Assembly: GCF_001194135.2 (NCBI RefSeq)
Contig: NC_068990.1
Span: forward strand, 57,887,983 to 57,951,982
From: Octopus bimaculoides
Taxonomy: Eukaryota
Reading direction: 5' to 3'
DNA length: 64,000 nt
Shown: in pieces, positions 63,846-64,000 of the stretch
Layout of the letters: each line of letters begins with the position of its first letter
How positions within the stretch are numbered: position 1 is the first letter of the stretch
Made by a program: the position numbers and the translations under genes
The notes under the pieces: model-generated
The model's input: the letters and a program-made list of their open reading frames with translations, nothing else
Told to the model about the DNA's origin: nothing
The model's database searches: none

Positions 63846-64000
63846 CTCTCTGAGTGGTTGGCGTTAGGAAGGGCATCCAGCTGTAGAAACTCTGCCAAAT
63901 CAGACTGGAGCCTGGTGTTGCCATCCGGTTTCACCAGTCCTCAGTCAAATCGTCCAACCCATGCTAGCATGGAAAGCGGACGTTAAACGATGATGATGAT
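63846..64000 (+). mobile_element. SINE/LINE 3' tail, family E, ending in (GAT)n
   Basis: GAGTGGTTGGCGTTAGGAAGGGCATCCAGCTGTAG...CCAACCCATGCTAGCATGGAAAGCGGACGTTAAACGATGATGATGAT. A short related stub lies at about 11140. Confidence 0.75.

Overview
AT-rich, gappy animal genomic DNA. The SINE families, the very high microsatellite density and the short-read assembly gaps point to a cephalopod, probably an octopus; this is inference. No intact protein-coding gene can be supported, and most ORFs in the track are microsatellite or N-gap artefacts. The window is a mosaic of about 35 tRNA-derived SINE copies, which I group into five families labelled A-E, plus decayed transposon pieces. These are two Penelope-like GIY-YIG fragments, three R4/Dong-type LINE fragments (RT and RLE, two abutting (AAT)n), a CR1/L2-type RT, a mariner transposase piece, a Tc1/mariner MITE, a hAT-type MITE and a C2H2 zinc-finger remnant. 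The most unusual object is at 58545-59010: a near-palindromic element that joins a tRNA-like Pol III head to a Penelope-type minimal hammerhead ribozyme, with one ribozyme copy on each strand. Both Penelope fragments also carry 5' inverted duplications, and two more hammerhead-like relics occur at about 17.1 kb and 23.5 kb. Together these suggest a Penelope-mobilised, ribozyme-bearing SINE system. A few weak candidate exons are listed at low confidence. Coordinates of decayed repeats are approximate to about 10 bp.
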